This document shows positions 1-14,056 of a DNA stretch of 64,000 bases, in pieces. The first letter of the stretch is position 1. Every line of letters begins with the position of its first letter. The notes under the pieces were generated by a model. It had not been told where the DNA came from, ran no database searches, and saw only the letters and a list, made by a program, of their open reading frames with translations. The DNA comes from Octopus sinensis (taxonomy: Eukaryota): NCBI RefSeq assembly GCF_006345805.1, contig NC_043009.1, positions 31,992,001 to 32,056,000 of the forward strand, given 5' to 3'. The position numbers were made by a program, and so were the translations under genes.

Positions 1-241
1 TTCATAAACATACATTTGTATATATATGTATATACATATATGTATATACATATATGTATATGTGTGTGTATATATATACATACACACATACATGTATTTA
101 CACATATAACTCATACATGCGTTACTATGTATTTGTGCAAATATAAACACACACACTCACATATTCATGTGTGTGTGTGTTTGTGTATGTGTGTATTATA
201 CATATGTGTATTACATATACTTGTATACATATGTGTGTATG

Positions 242-306
<65 letters not shown>

Positions 307-340
307 CTATAAAGATATACACCCACACATACACTTATAT
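1..340. repeat. compound (TA)n/(CA)n/(TG)n microsatellite
   Basis: Pure TA run ~245-302 within mixed TA/CA/TG dinucleotides; the ORFs here are YI/HT/CV artefacts. Confidence 0.95.
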
Positions 341-489
341 GAACACAGAAATTAATCCATCTGTATGTAATAAGTTTACTAAAACGTTTTGCTTACAGTT
401 ATTTTCTACTTGACATTATCATCTGAAGAGACCAGACTACTTCAACATAGTAACAACAACAACACCTTCAACACCCCAACAATGATATT

Positions 490-900
490 TGATTGTCTTC
501 AGACTGTCTATGTTATGTCTCCGCCAAAACACCATCACATTTTATTACATCTTCTGTCCTTAAACTCTCTGTGTTTTGTCTACCAAATGTCTATACATTC
601 TCTCATAATTTTTGTCCTCCAAACTGATTCTATTATCGCCTGTAACATATATGTATTCTGAGATTTATTGCTCCTAACTCTCTGCCTCATCTCTCCTTAT
701 ACCACCAATTCTTTGATAATGTTTTCAAACATTCTGTATTCTTTTCTCATATTCTAACGTACTCGTAGTCCCCAAGCTATCTGCCTTATTCACCTTGCAA
801 CACCCTTAACATGATAGTGTTTTCCACTGACCCCTACAGATTCCTTCTTATTTATTGTCTTCAAGCTCTGTGCCTTATTCTCCCATGGATTACTGCTGAT
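490..900. repeat. old degenerate minisatellite (~60 bp spacing)
   Basis: Motif resembling tgtcytcaarctctctgccttattctc recurs near 493, 555, 612, 668, 768 and 855. Confidence 0.4.
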
Positions 901-1269
901 TCTATGATATCTAATGATCATCTGACTAATGATGCTACATGATCCAATACCAAGCTCCTTAATCAGCTCCTTGAAATAGACAGTGATAAGGAAATGCCAC
1001 AGTTATAATTACCTTAATTAGATGGTTTGTTGTTAATTTTCACAATTGTTATGATCTTTGCTGTAAACTTTCAATGTAAGTTACCAATTTATTTGCAGGA
1101 ACATTAGCGAGTATGAGAAAATGGAGAATTTAATGCATACAGAACTTTGCTGATATGGAACCATTCATGGTTATACGTAAAGATAAGAAGATATTAAACA
1201 GCCAAATACATCTGAAAGGGAAAAACAAAAGTGTAGGGTGTTTAGAACTGTAGAATTATTGCAGGAATA

Positions 1270-1610
1270 ATCCTTTCTATTATAGGCTCAAGGCCTGAAA
1301 TTTAGGTGGGGGGGGGGGACAGTCGATCACATCAACCCCAGTACTTGAGTGGTACTTAATTTATCGATCCCAAAAGGACGAAAGGCAGTCCTCCTTTCTG
1401 CTATAAGCAAAAACACTTGAAATGTTGTGGGGGTAGGGAGGCTAGTTGATTACATCAACCCCAGTACACAACTGGTATTTATTTCTTCAAACCCGAAAGG
1501 ATGAAAGGCAAACTCGACCTTGATGGAATTAGAACTCAGAATGTACAGATAGATGGAAAGCGACAAAGCTTTTTGTCTCATGTGCTATCATTTCTGCCAG
1601 CTCACCATCT
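1270..1610 (-). mobile_element. two copies of SINE family B (tRNA-derived, Meta-like core)
   Basis: Reverse complement of the core gaggtcgactttgcctttcatcctttcggggtcgataaa..aagtaccag seen in full at 53516-53748. Confidence 0.8.
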
Positions 1611-1644
<34 letters not shown>

Positions 1645-2867
1645 AATGATGACGACGATGATGATGTTGACTAAAAAGGAAAAATAAATAAACATTGCAT
1701 TTCATATTCACCAAACCTATTGGCATTCATGAATTCCATGTGAAATCTTAACCATTGTTATTTTCGTTGTCGTTGTTGTTGTTGTTGTTGTTTGATTATG
1801 ATTGGTGTTGTTACTGATCTTGTACATGTTCATCTTATTTGTTCATATTGTTGATGTTATTGTTTTTATTGTTTCTGGAATTATTATTTCTAATTTTTCT
1901 TTTATAATGCTTTTGCTATAATTCCTATTGTTGTTGTTGTTATGATACTGCTTTTTTCAAAATTTTTTGCCTCATCCCATCCCACCCCACCCCTCCCCGT
2001 ATCTTTGGCTTTCATTTGCTTTTTAGATAAATCGGCATTTAGCAGAGAAGTCAATATGTAATAGGAGATTGAATTAAAGTTCAGAAGATTTATTTCGAAG
2101 ACAACACCACACGCAAATAAATGTGATTCTGAAAACAATAGATTTTTCAGGAAAAATGCCAAACACGAAGCAAACCTCTTTATTGGGTTTAGAAAACAGT
2201 TCAAATATGGAAATATTGGATTCCTATCCTATTTTATACCACTTTTTGTTTTTTTATATTACTGCTGTTGTTTTTACAAGGGATGTAATTTTTGTTCAAT
2301 ATAGTTAAGCATTGGAAACATAACAAAACACAACATAAGCCATGAAAAACACACATATATGTATATCTACATGTGCGTGTGCATGTGTGTGTGCATGTGT
2401 GTGTGTGTGTGCGTGTGTGAGTGTGTGTGTGTGTGTGCGTGTGTGTGTGTGTGTGTAAAAGAAAAAATTGGCGAACAGATAAATTACAGTTTTGATTTAT
2501 TTTGAGTTTTAAAAAGATATTTGTAGGTTTTGTGAGACATTTCCCATCTAGACCCTAGCATTATGTTGATTTTTCTTTGATAAAAGCAACATTTGAAGTG
2601 AGAAAATTTATAGCTAGAATTATACCGAAATCGTGGCTTTAATTGAAAATTATTTATCAACAAATTTGTTTTATTGTTTTTGATTCCTTAAAGATTTCAT
2701 ATTCTGCAGATATCGTTTGCTTTGTTACATGGAATCTTCCTTAACATACAAAGGGACAAGAAAGCTCTGAAACTCTACCAAAGAACTAAAAAGAAATCTT
2801 TTATTTATTTTTTTATTCTTGCTGCTGTGCAAAAATTGTTGCTGTAAACAACTGAGATTTTGGTATA

Positions 2868-3040
2868 ACATCATCATCATTATCATCATCATCATCGTCA
2901 TCATTGTTTTTATCTTTGTCCTCATCATCATCATTATCATCATCATCATCGTCATCATTGTTTTTATCTTTGTCCTCATCATCACCATCACTATCATCCT
3001 CATCCTCATCATCACCATCATCATCGTCGTCGCCATCATC
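2868..3040. repeat. (CAT)n trinucleotide tract with internal duplication
   Basis: catcatc repeats; attgtttttatctttgtcctc occurs twice. Confidence 0.9.
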
Positions 3041-3286
3041 AATTTACATATGCTTTCCACACAAGAGTGTATTAGATACTTCATCAGATACTAATGGGAG
3101 GACCACATCTTGGTTCAAGTGAAATGGTTTGGCCTTATTCCTATGGCTGGATGACTTTCTAATATGACTCACTTTACTCAGTGCACTTGCTGCTTTCATG
3201 ATTCCAGGACTAACATTTCGGCTAATCCATCACTTTTTAAAACAAGTATAATAATAATAATAATAACAATAACAATAATAATAATA

Positions 3287-3337
<51 letters not shown>

Positions 3338-3367
3338 TAATAATAGTTCAATGCAAAATTTCTCCAA

Positions 3368-3413
3368 GACACCTGATGAAGGCTGGAGGGTATATCAACC
3401 AAAACGTTGTGTT
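3368..3413 (+). ncRNA. degenerate type I hammerhead ribozyme motif in a probable Penelope-like pLTR fragment
   Basis: gacac-CTGATGA-a-ggctg..caacc-AAAA(G12>A)-cgtt-gtgtt; helix I gacac/gtgtt; palindromic AACGTT helix III; adjacent to (TAA)n. Confidence 0.65.
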
Positions 3414-3469
3414 AACAACAAACAAGATGAGGACAAATATCCTTCAAATGTAAATAATGTAAAAAATGT

Positions 3470-3890
3470 ACAAAGCAGGGAAAGGTTTCTTTATTTCAGG
3501 GATGTCTGGCAAGTAAATTGCCTGTAAATGCTTATGCATAGAGTTGAGTGCTGCAAGGCAGTGACTTGTGGGCCATCAGTGTAAAGGATGTGGAAATGTT
3601 GGAGAAAAGTAAAGCAACCATGCTCTGCTGGATATGTAATATTTATGTGCCTGAATGAAGAATAACAAGTCAACCAAGAAAAGAAATTGGGGCGAGGCAG
3701 AATAAGATATTGTGCGCAATGGAGGAGATTGCAATGGTATGGATGTGTAATGTATGTTATGGATGTTGACTGTTGGATAAAGAATTGCCAAGATATCGAA
3801 GAGGGAAGTAGCCATAGAAGAGGGAGATTAAAGAAGATCTGGGCGGATGCATTGAAGATAACTAAAGAAATATGACTAATGGTTAGACAT
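3470..3890 (+). mobile_element. degraded RTE LINE fragment
   Basis: RRLQWYGCV..MDVDCWIKNC..GSSHRRGRLKKIWAD matches the C-terminus of the RTE ORF at 25684-26361. Confidence 0.75.
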
Positions 3891-4144
3891 GGTGTAGGAA
3901 AAGACCCAATCCATTCCATGTAGTTATGGCAAAATGGATGTAAAAATGATGACGATGATGGTGGTGGTGGTGGTGGTGGTGGTGGTGATGATACATCAGT
4001 CATTTAAAGCTCAATATGCATTGATATTTCTTAAATGATTTTAATTATGCTTTCACAATAAATGTAATTATATTTTACCTTATATTCGATAAAATATTCT
4101 TTTGTTATGGCTTTATTTGATTACCATTAATTCAATGCAGCCTC

Positions 4145-5080
4145 AAGGCTGTGAACTGGCAGAATTGCCAACACATCACAAAAACAAACAGAAAAATACT
4201 TTGTGGCATTTGCTTCAGCTCTCAAAGTCCTTGAGTTCAAATCCTACCAAGATTAGTTTCGACTTTCACCCTTTTGGGGTTGATACAATAAAGTATCGGT
4301 CATGAACTAGGGTCAGGGATATTGACTCTCCCCCTCCCCCTTTTTCTCCCACCACTGCTGTCTTTGCATTCAAATGAGAAACAATTAAAGCAACTTTCAA
4401 ACATAAAACTATACCACCACCACCCTGATTTAGACATACCAAGAGTCAGCTCCAGAAACTAGAGTGTAATGTTGAAGACATCTGCTGCCAACCATATACC
4501 CAGGTGCCTAAGGATGATATGCCAAAAAAAAGCAACATTATTAGAAGAAGAATCTATAGAAAATAACAAGAAAGAAAAACAAGGCTATCACAATGGAACT
4601 TCTGCCTTTTTGTTACCATATTCCTCTTGCAATATGCTGCCTTTGTTTTGTTTGTCTTTACGTTCCGAATTCCAATACTGCAGAGGTCGACTTTGTCTTT
4701 CACGCTTTTGGGGTCGATAAATTAAGTACCAGTTGCATACTGTGGTTGTTCTAATCGACTGGGCCCATCCCCAAAATTGTGCCTAGAGTAGAAAAGAATT
4801 CATTTAGAAAGTAATCAAGAATTTAGTAAAATAACTTGGTCATTACGAATCTAGTGTTTAAGGCAGGGAACTGTCAGGATTGTTAGCAGACTTGGCGAAA
4901 TGCTAAGCAGCATTTCATCTGTCTTTACGTTCTGTGTTCAAATTCTGCTAAGGTCAACATTGCTGTTTATCCTTTTAGAGTCACTGAAATAAGCACCTGT
5001 TAAGCACTGTGGTTGATGTAAGCGACCAGCCATCAACTCTAAAACTTCAAGCCCAGTGCTTATTGTAGAAAGGATTATTT
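4145..5080 (+). mobile_element. three degenerate SINE family B copies (~4145-4380, 4657-4800, 4860-5080)
   Basis: Shared ctggcagaat..gagttcaaat..gaggtcgactttg..ggggtcgataaattaagtacc core. Confidence 0.7.
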
Positions 5081-5567
5081 ATCTGGTTTTTGAAATGTAA
5101 ATTGACATGAAATATTGATGGAAGGTTTTGAATTTTGATCATGAAAATCAGAAAGCAGAATTAAAGGTAGTCACAGGCAACAAGAAAATTTAAAGAAAAC
5201 CGTTCATAGATTCTGGATTCTGCAATAAAACTGAGCAATGAATAACATTAGATTTCTTTCAGAGTCTGCAAAATGGAATAAGTTGCTATGTTGGCAGAAG
5301 AGATGAATTTGAAGGTTTTGGAATGTGACTCTTCATGAAGGAAATGTTAGAATTCATATCAACTCATAACATAACCATAGAATCAAAATATCAAGAGTCA
5401 GTAGACGGTTCCTACAAGAAGTAAATGCCAAATCTACTTCAAATTACACCCTGCTGTCTTAAAAATAAGAGCAGCTTTTAGAATACGTTAATGATCAGAA
5501 ATTGAATTTTCTCAATGAGGACTGATCAAGGAATTATCAGCAAAAACGATATGAACAATATATATAT

Positions 5568-5720
5568 TTAGTGTTGCAGCCAAATTTCTTTTGGCACAGC
5601 ATCGTCTTTTATAGCATCAAATGCACCAAATAGTTGATGAATTACTAACTGGCTTAAAACTGTGCAATGAAATCTTATAAAATCTTTTATAGTCTTATCT
5701 TCATTGCGTAATTCATGAAA
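5568..5720 (-). CDS. candidate terminal coding exon of an unknown host gene (FHELRNEDKTIKDFIRFHCTVLSQLVIHQLFGAFDAIKDDAVPKEIWLQH*)
   Basis: Acceptor atttcttctgcag|; only the phase-0 frame is open; non-repetitive, protein-like composition; no recognised homology. Confidence 0.35.
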   Translation of the reverse strand, partial: FHELRNEDKTIKDFIRFHCTVLSQLVIHQLFGAFDAIKDDAVPKEIWLQH

Positions 5721-5821
5721 CTGCAGAAGAAATATTAACAACACAGTTTCTGTATTAAAAAATATTATACTGTAGACACTTATACATACACATACATACA
5801 TGTGTAGCATGTGTGCTTATT

Positions 5822-5852
<31 letters not shown>

Positions 5853-5867
<15 letters not shown>

Positions 5868-6500
5868 ACTTACATACATACACGCATTACACACATACTT
5901 ACATGCATACATATATGTGTATGTATATATATGAGCTTGTGTGTGTATGCATCGAATTGTATTCACTGAATTAAGCATTATTCACAAATTAGGTGCAGAC
6001 GTGGCTGTGTGGTAAGAAGCTTGCTTCCGAACCATATGGTTCCAGGTTCAGTCCAACAGCATTGCACCTTGGGCAATGTCTTCTACTATAGCCTCGGGTT
6101 GACCAAAGCCATGTGAGTGAATTTGGTAGATGGAAACTGAAAGAAGCTCATCGTATATGTATATATCTATATATGTGTGTGTGTACTTACATACATACAC
6201 GCATTACACACATACTTACATGCATACATATATGTGTATGTATATATATGAGCTTGTGTGTGTATGCATCGAATTGTATTCACTGAATTAAGCATTATTC
6301 ACAAATTAGGTGCAGACGTGGCTGTGTGGTAAGAAGCTTGCTTCCGAACCATATGGTTCCAGGTTCAGTCCAACAGCATTGCACCTTGGGCAATGTCTTC
6401 TACTATAGCCTCGGGTTGACCAAAGCCATGTGAGTGAATTTGGTAGATGGAAACTGAAAGAAGCTCATCGTATATGTATATATCTATATATGTGTGTGTG
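5853..6500 (+). repeat. 317-bp direct tandem duplication containing the 5' half of SINE A
   Basis: gtact at 5866/6183 and gtggctgtgt at 6001/6318; copies look identical by eye. Confidence 0.9.
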
Positions 6501-6720
6501 TGTGTATGTAAGTTTGTGTATCTATGCTTGTAGTCCTACCATCACTTGACACCAGATGTTAGTGTGTTTATGTCCCTGTAACTTAGCAGTTTGGCAAAAG
6601 AGACCTGTAGGATAAGTACTAGGCTTACAAAGAATAAATCCTGGGGGTCGATTTGTTTGACTAAAGGCAGTGCTCCAGCATGGCTGCAGTCAAATGATTG
6701 AATCAAATAAAAGAATAAAT
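6308..6720 (+). mobile_element. SINE family A (tRNA-derived, internal TA/TG microsatellite, LINE-derived tail)
   Basis: tRNA-like head gtggctgtgtggtaag..ggttcagtcc; tail ggcagtgctccagcatggctgcagtcaaatgattgaa. Confidence 0.85.
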
Positions 6721-6992
6721 ACAAACCAACACAATACTCTGTGCTTAAAAATGTTATTTCCCAACCACATGGTTCTTGAGTTTTCCTCTATTAAGTGGAG
6801 CCTAGAGCAAGTGTTTTCCACTCTAGCTCTGCATTAGCTGAAAGCTTGTGAGTGGATTTGGGCAGCAGAAAGTGCAAGAAACCCTTTCTATATGTTTGTT
6901 TATTTGTGTGTATATGTGTCTGTGTGTCTGTGTGTCTGTGCCTGTGTGTACCTTTTTGCATATATACACACACACACATATATATATATATG

Positions 6993-7042
<50 letters not shown>

Positions 7043-7289
7043 TACATACATATATACATATATACATATATACATACACACACACACCTTCTTAATAGCA
7101 CCCATTTGACAAAGGGTCATAGGGGAGCTTTTGCCTGGCACTAACACTAGTGAGGCCACCTAGCAACTTGCAAGACTAAGGATCAAAAATGGCCTCTATA
7201 ATTGGAGAACAATAAATGAGAGAATTTGTGATGAGGGAAGGTAAAGAAAATATAATAAACAGATTTATAGTTGTGAGATGGTGGTAATT

Positions 7290-7320
<31 letters not shown>

Positions 7321-7742
7321 TGAGACATGGCAATGGGAGAGAGGCACAGGAAAGAGTGAGAGAGAAGAGGGAGAGAGATAGAGTTATAGTATAGGCTGCA
7401 CATCTTGGACATGTCAACAGTCACTGAAAATGGTTGTTAGATGATGTAGGGAATATGCGACACAAAAACAAAACAAACGTATAGCTGAGCCTCAGAGATA
7501 AAGAAAATAGGACAGAAAATGGATGTTTCTACCAAATTCCACTGACAAAGCATTGTTTAACAAATAAGGCAGTGGAAGTAAATATCTTTGAAAGTGGGAG
7601 GCTACAAAGAAGAGGATCAACTCAGAAACTGCATGTTTCCAAAGCAAACTTGTTAATCACATGATGGTGATTGTAACATGTCACTCTGTGCTCGTAAATA
7701 TATGGAATTGTTCAAGTTGGAACATCAGCAAATGATTTATAG

Positions 7743-7778
7743 CTTAAGGTTTCCAGAAGGATTGACTCTTCATCAGAA
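7743..7778 (-). ncRNA. highly degenerate hammerhead-like motif
   Basis: Minus strand att-CTGATGA-agag..ttct-gGAAA-cctt-aag; weak helices. Confidence 0.3.
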
Positions 7779-7829
7779 TATCATTAGTTTAGCCACTACA
7801 AGTTTCTCATTATTAGGGACCTGCCTGAA

Positions 7830-8440
7830 ATAGCAAATTGTCTGCCTTCTCACACACTCATGTCACATATCTAAAAAATAATTTGGAAAATGTAATATCA
7901 CATGAGAGATCTGAATGCAACACTTACTGTAAACCAAAACTGACATCATCCCTCTGACCATCCAAATTAGAAGACTTAAACTAAATTGACGAAACTACAA
8001 AAATCAGTAGCCTATCAATGGAAATCCCAGTCTGTATAGCTTCATATATATTATAAAGATGTATGTGTTCAATAAAGATAGCAATATCATTAGTAGAATT
8101 CAAACGTCATGTCTATCTAACCACTACACCACAAATTTAGCCATCCAAATTAGAAGGCTTTACATAGCTGAAACTACAAATGCCAGCAGCCTCTCAATGG
8201 GGATCTCAATCAACATAATGTCAAAGTAAGATATTATGTATAGGCCTTATGAGGAGGAAGATGGAATGTTGTAACATCACCCACAGAATTCAAATACTAC
8301 ATCTGTCCACAGAATATAGTTTTACTAACCATTAAACCAAAGTGACAAAATAAGTTTGTCCATCCAAATTTGAAAACTTAAGCTAAGTAGCTAAGATTAC
8401 CTGCTTCCTGCAATGGTAAATTGCCTGCCTTCTCACACAT
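7830..8440. repeat. degenerate ~190-220 bp tandem repeat (about 3 units)
   Basis: ccatccaaatt(a/t)gaa at ~7958, 8141, 8360; agaattcaaa at ~8095, 8286; aaattg(t/c)ctgccttctcacac at ~7835, 8418. Confidence 0.65.
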
Positions 8441-10234
8441 ACATGTTAAAGATTAGACATATGGTTGTTTTTGTAATCTTTGATATGACTGTTACACACA
8501 CACACACACACACAAACACATACACACACATGCAAGAATTGTTGAATTACATGATTTATGTTATTTATTCTCATTATAAACTTTTTAGCAGGAAAACCAC
8601 CAAATTACTATGGCACTAAATATTCTATTTGGAGTCACTGGAGGGGATTTATATTCTCTTTCTTACCTAATTTGTCTTTAACAAACAAAAATTCTAAACC
8701 TACTTCAGTATTCTATAGAAACAAAACAATAATAAATAAATAAATGAATAAAAATGCAAAGAAACAAAGAAGTACATAAATTAATAAATAAATAAAATAA
8801 AACAAATACATGGAATTTCTTTGCATAATAAGAATCATTATAAGATTTCTAAGGGTGATTCGTAAATAGGAAAGAAAATTAAGAGTACATTGTGTTTCGG
8901 TGTTGTGTGACATTCTTTGTTGCAATAATACAGACTTGATTCATGAAAATATATTTGCAATCATTGAACATGATTTATCACTAATTCTAGTAATTTTGTA
9001 TTCAATGTGGAAGAAACGTATTGTTCCTGGGGTAGAATCTAAGATGACTCTCCTTATGGAATCCTGAAATCTATGTCAGGAGAATATAAAATCTGACTCA
9101 TCCTGTAAGCTGTCACGCATTGAATTCTTATGTTCTGCATAAAACACTTAGAAAAATATACACTAGATAAATATTCAGAATTGGAACATGGATGGTTGGC
9201 ACTACTGTTATTACTATTAAGCACCATTGCCTCTTTCTTGCTTTCATTCGACATTTTAGTTCATATCTTTCAAAACAACTCACACAATGTCAAAGGTTAT
9301 ACATCTTGCCATAACATTTTTTAAAAAGGCATTTACCTGCATTTGTTTGAGCATAACTGTTTAGAGTGACATTATTCACGATTCAGATCTAATTATTCTT
9401 CATACATTATTCATCATATATCATTAATTATACATTATTCATTATTCAGAGCTAATTCACATTCGTTTATTTCGGTTTGAAATTTCCTTTGCCTTTGACC
9501 GAAATCAAAAGAACAGCATGGTATTTTGCAAGAAAAAGAAAGAATATACAAAATTACCATAATAGTCAATAACATACATAAGCACTCGTGCACCCCCCAC
9601 GCACACATATATTATGTGTATGTTTGTTTATATGTATGCTTATATATATGTGGGTGTATGCATGTGTGAGTGCACTTGTGTATGCATATATATATATGCA
9701 CTTACATATATTTATATGTATGTGCATATATATGTATACATACACACATATATATATACACACACATACATATATATTTATAAATATATATACATGCACA
9801 TACACACATATATTTATACACATATATATTCATATATGTATGTGTTTGCATGTATGGCACATATTTATGCATAAAACAATAATCTTTTTATTTATTCATT
9901 ATTTATTCATTTAACGTTCATTTTGAAATGTTAATATGGGTTTGAGGAATGATTTTACAAATGGTTGGAATTCCTGTCGCCAAGTCTTTCCTCTTTCTCA
10001 ACCAAAGGTTTTCTTTACTCTACCATTTCCTCAGAAGTGCAGAGCAACCCATCATAATGTTGACAAGGAATATCAACATCAGCACCACTTCACTGAAGCT
10101 GTGACAAGTGGGTAGTACATAAGTATTGATGCACATTTGTGTGCACATCCATACATCCACACACACACACACACATACATAAATATATATATGTATGTAT
10201 GTGTATGCATGCAAACATGTATATGTACATATAT

Positions 10235-10280
<46 letters not shown>

Positions 10281-10289
10281 GCCAGGATA

Positions 10290-10530
10290 ATGCATGCAAG
10301 ACTCAAAAGAGATTTAAGGAAGAAAGTTATGAACAAGAAGTTGAATCACAATGACCTTTTTGCATGCACAGTTTGTGACAGACCATGCCTTTCTTTTGCT
10401 GGGCTCAAATCTCATTTACAAACCCATGGGAAACAAACCTCTGCCAACTATTCTGTTGATATGTCTGTGCACACCTTTGAATGCAATGTATACCATAAGG
10501 TCTTCAAATCTAACGGAGGTCTTAAAATGT
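10290..10530 (+). mobile_element. 3' fragment of an RTE-type LINE with C-terminal zinc fingers
   Basis: CTVCDRPCLSFAGLKSHLQTH plus a degenerate second finger, resembling the C-terminal CCHH finger of RTE/BovB-like ORFs; begins at a microsatellite. Confidence 0.55.
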
Positions 10531-11309
10531 CTTTTGAGGCCTCTGTTAGATTATTATTAAAAATGATACATTCAAGAGATTCCCAAGAACTCATTAAAAA
10601 TCAGTCCCAATCACTGCTACAATTCACAACGAACCACTTTTAGGTCACTGCACCATTTATCATCTAACTACTATCATGCCACCTGCATTTCCTTATTATT
10701 CTCTCTTCTCTTTCTCCTTCTTCTTCTTCTTCGTCTTCTTCCTCTCCGCCACCTCCTTCCTTACTTTACTACTATTGCTGTTTAGAATAACACCTATGTA
10801 AATTTTATAAACAATACATTCAAAAGAGATGTCTTAAGAATTCAATCACTACTACCATCCACAACAAGTCACTTTCAGGGCACTTGACCATTTAACATCC
10901 TACTACTATCATGGCACTCCTGAATTCTTTTCCTTCTCCTCCTCTTCCTTCTCCTCCTCCTCCTCCTTCTTCTTCTTCTTCATCTTCCTCCCTGCCAAGA
11001 ATTCACAACGACCTCAAACCCACAAGAGTAAACAAGAGAGACAGAGACAGGCCAAAACAAGGAAAATGCCACTTGTATTTGAACACTATACAAATATTCT
11101 TTAAAAAAAACTTTTCTTTTAATTTTTCCAAAATTTAATTGTTTTTCCATACTTACAGTTGAAAAAGTCTCAATGACTGAAACTAGTACTGGAATGTTTT
11201 TTATGATAAAATTATTTTAGCATTTTCCTACTTTGACTTTTTTCCATATATATCAACCTGTGTGTTCCTTTTCAACCTTCTACATTTATATAAGGAGAGA
11301 GAGAGAGAG

Positions 11310-11360
<51 letters not shown>

Positions 11361-11365
<5 letters not shown>

Positions 11366-11830
11366 AGAATAGAATGGAGGAAGTTCAGAGAACTACTACC
11401 TCTGTTGGCAGCAAAAAGACTCTCTCTTAGAGTGAAAAGTAGATTGTATGATGCTTGTGTGAGAACGGCTATATTACATGGTAGTGAGACATGTGTGGAG
11501 AACATGTGTAAACTGGAGAGGAATGAAGGTAGTATGCTCTGCTAGATATGAAACATCAGTGTGCATGACTGACAAAGCATAAGGGGGATTAAATGTATTA
11601 TGAAGGAGAGGAAACTGCATTGGTTTGGACACGTGATGTGTTTGAGTGAAGCCAGCTGCATACGGAAATTCCTGTTACTGAAAATGGATGGTCCCTGTGG
11701 AAGAGGGAGACCCAGAAAGACATGGGATGAAGTGGTGAGGACTGATCTTAGGATGTTGAGGGTTCTGGAAGAAATGACAGTGGATCGAGATGTTTGGTGA
11801 TATGAGGTTCTAGAGAAGAGCCATCCATGA
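11361..11830 (+). mobile_element. degraded RTE LINE fragment
   Basis: ERKLHWFGHV..GPCGRGRPRKTWDEVVRTDLR, homologous to 25684-26361. Confidence 0.85.
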
Positions 11831-12049
11831 AACTGAATGCCAGAAGAGTTGTGTCCCACCCACATGTAACAAAACACTTTCCACTCACTCTACCAAAAGA
11901 AACTGAACTACACCTCCTCTTCCTCGCATTTCCTCTTCATAAATTATGATTGTTTTACAATCTCTTTTCTTGCCTTCACTGCCCAGCTCACTGTATCACT
12001 GCTTCCCCCACCGACACCCACATCCACTCATTTTTCTACCCAGCTGATG

Positions 12050-12253
12050 TACTTGCACATACAAATGCACGTTCCCACAGCTTTATCGATCGCATTCTCA
12101 CCTGGAATCGATTATTGTAATTTTTTCAAGACTTATACACTCCCTGGATACCGTCAGTATCTACATATCAAATTTGAGTGCAATCGGATGGAGGGTGCCC
12201 GAGATCCTAGAAGACACACACACAGACAGACAGAACGGATTTTATATAATAGA
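12050..12253 (-). mobile_element. Helitron-like non-autonomous element, 5' end
   Basis: aaatttgagtgcaatcgg..cagacagacag..ttttatataataga; same terminal architecture as 34912-35303 (5' TC on minus strand). Confidence 0.45.
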
Positions 12254-12255
12254 TG

Positions 12256-12302
<47 letters not shown>

Positions 12303-12385
12303 GCATGTATGTATGTATGTATGTGTATATATATATATATATTTGTATACATACATACGTATATATATATGTATATATATATATA

Positions 12386-12618
12386 TTCTTTTATTCTTTT
12401 GCATGTTTCAGTTATTTGACTGTGGCCATGCTGGTGCACTGCCTTACAGGGTTTTAGCTGAAGAAATGAGCCCCAGGACTTATTCTTTGTAAGCTTAGTA
12501 TTTATTCTATCTGCTAAATTGTGTGGATGTAAACATACCAACATCAGAGGTCAAGTGATGCTGAGGGAACAAACACAGACACAAAGACACACATACACAT
12601 AAATACACACACGCACAC

Positions 12619-12664
<46 letters not shown>

Positions 12665-12824
12665 GATGGGGCTTCTTTCAGTTTCCATCTACCAAATCCA
12701 CTCACAAGGCTTTGGTCACCCTGAGGCTATAGTAGATACACTTGCCCAAGGTGCCATACAGTGGAACTGAACCTGAAACCACGTGGTTGGAAATCAATCA
12801 TCTTACCACCCAGCCACACCTTCA
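12386..12824 (-). mobile_element. SINE family A
   Basis: Near full-length reverse-complement copy. Confidence 0.85.
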
Positions 12825-13374
12825 CATGCATACATATTAATAGAGCAGCGACTCTTCACTGTATAGAATCATAATTCACCTGATTCAACGTGCATAGTCG
12901 CATCACCAAGTTCCTAACAATAGTAAAATAATATGGCTCATAGCGTGTGACATTTCGAATGATATAAATGTCAGATGTGAGCTTTTAGAAATTATAAATT
13001 GGGAATGGAATCAGTTGTTCACCCATTGAAATAAGAAATGGTAGGCGCTGATTGATTCCTAGATCTACCCTAAGGACTAATCATGCTTAACGCTGAAGTA
13101 TCTACAAGAAAGAAAGACAACAACAACACACCATGCACCAAAGTAATGTTTAATTATAATGCAATATACACACACATATAGGCACACGGATACATGATTG
13201 CACATATAGACACATACACACATACACCACACACACACACACATATATATATATATGCATATATATATATGTGCGTGCATGTATGTGTATATACATAGGG
13301 ATATATGTATACTTATATATATATATATACATATATATACATATATATATGTATATATATGTATATATATATAC

Positions 13375-13405
<31 letters not shown>

Positions 13406-13429
13406 CACACACATACATAGATTTGTATG

Positions 13430-13830
13430 TGTATGGCTGAGAAGTTTTAATCATAAAACCACATGGATTTAGGTTCAATCCAACAAGGTACCTTGTACAA
13501 ATATCTTCTGCTGTAGAACAAGGTTGATTAATGTTCTGTAAGTGAACTTGTTAGACGGCAACTGTTGAAATCTTCTCTTGAGTATGTGCATGTGTGTGCG
13601 TGTCTGTGTGGGCATCTATGATTTTGTCTCTCACTGTATGACAACCAGTAAGTGTTGGTTTGTTTATATCTCCATGAATTAGCATTTCAACAAAAAGAGA
13701 TCGATGTAATAAGTGTCAGATTTCAAATCATTTCAGTTGGCGATTCTTTTGACAAAACCTCATCAAAGACATACCCCAACATGGCTTCAATCCAACAAGC
13801 AAAACAAGTCAATGTATAAACGAATAAGAA
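13430..13830 (+). mobile_element. degenerate SINE family A
   Basis: accacatgg..ggttcaatcc..accttg..; tail ccccaacatggcttcaatcc. Confidence 0.6.
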
Positions 13831-14056
13831 AGCATTCAATACAAAAATGTAGAATATAACATTTGCATTACACAACTGGATTGTCCTTCAAAAACATTAC
13901 AACAAATAGTTTCCCCACCTCTAATTCTACTGGTAATAGTCCAAAATATATGTCTATATGTGTGTGTATATACATATATAAATACACGTACAAACACACA
14001 CACACACACATATATACACATATAATCAAAACATGTAATAAGGATCTCTAGAGGTA

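Noticed and set aside
1099-1176. Plus-strand exon after atttgcag
   Set aside because: Stops in all three frames and a weak donor
8800-9340. Coding exon(s), including the MSNESKKEAM ORF
   Set aside because: No continuous frame with consistent splice sites; short ORFs on both strands
10137-10643. C2H2 zinc-finger gene
   Set aside because: One good finger, no TGEKP linkers, starts in a microsatellite; fits a LINE C-terminal finger better
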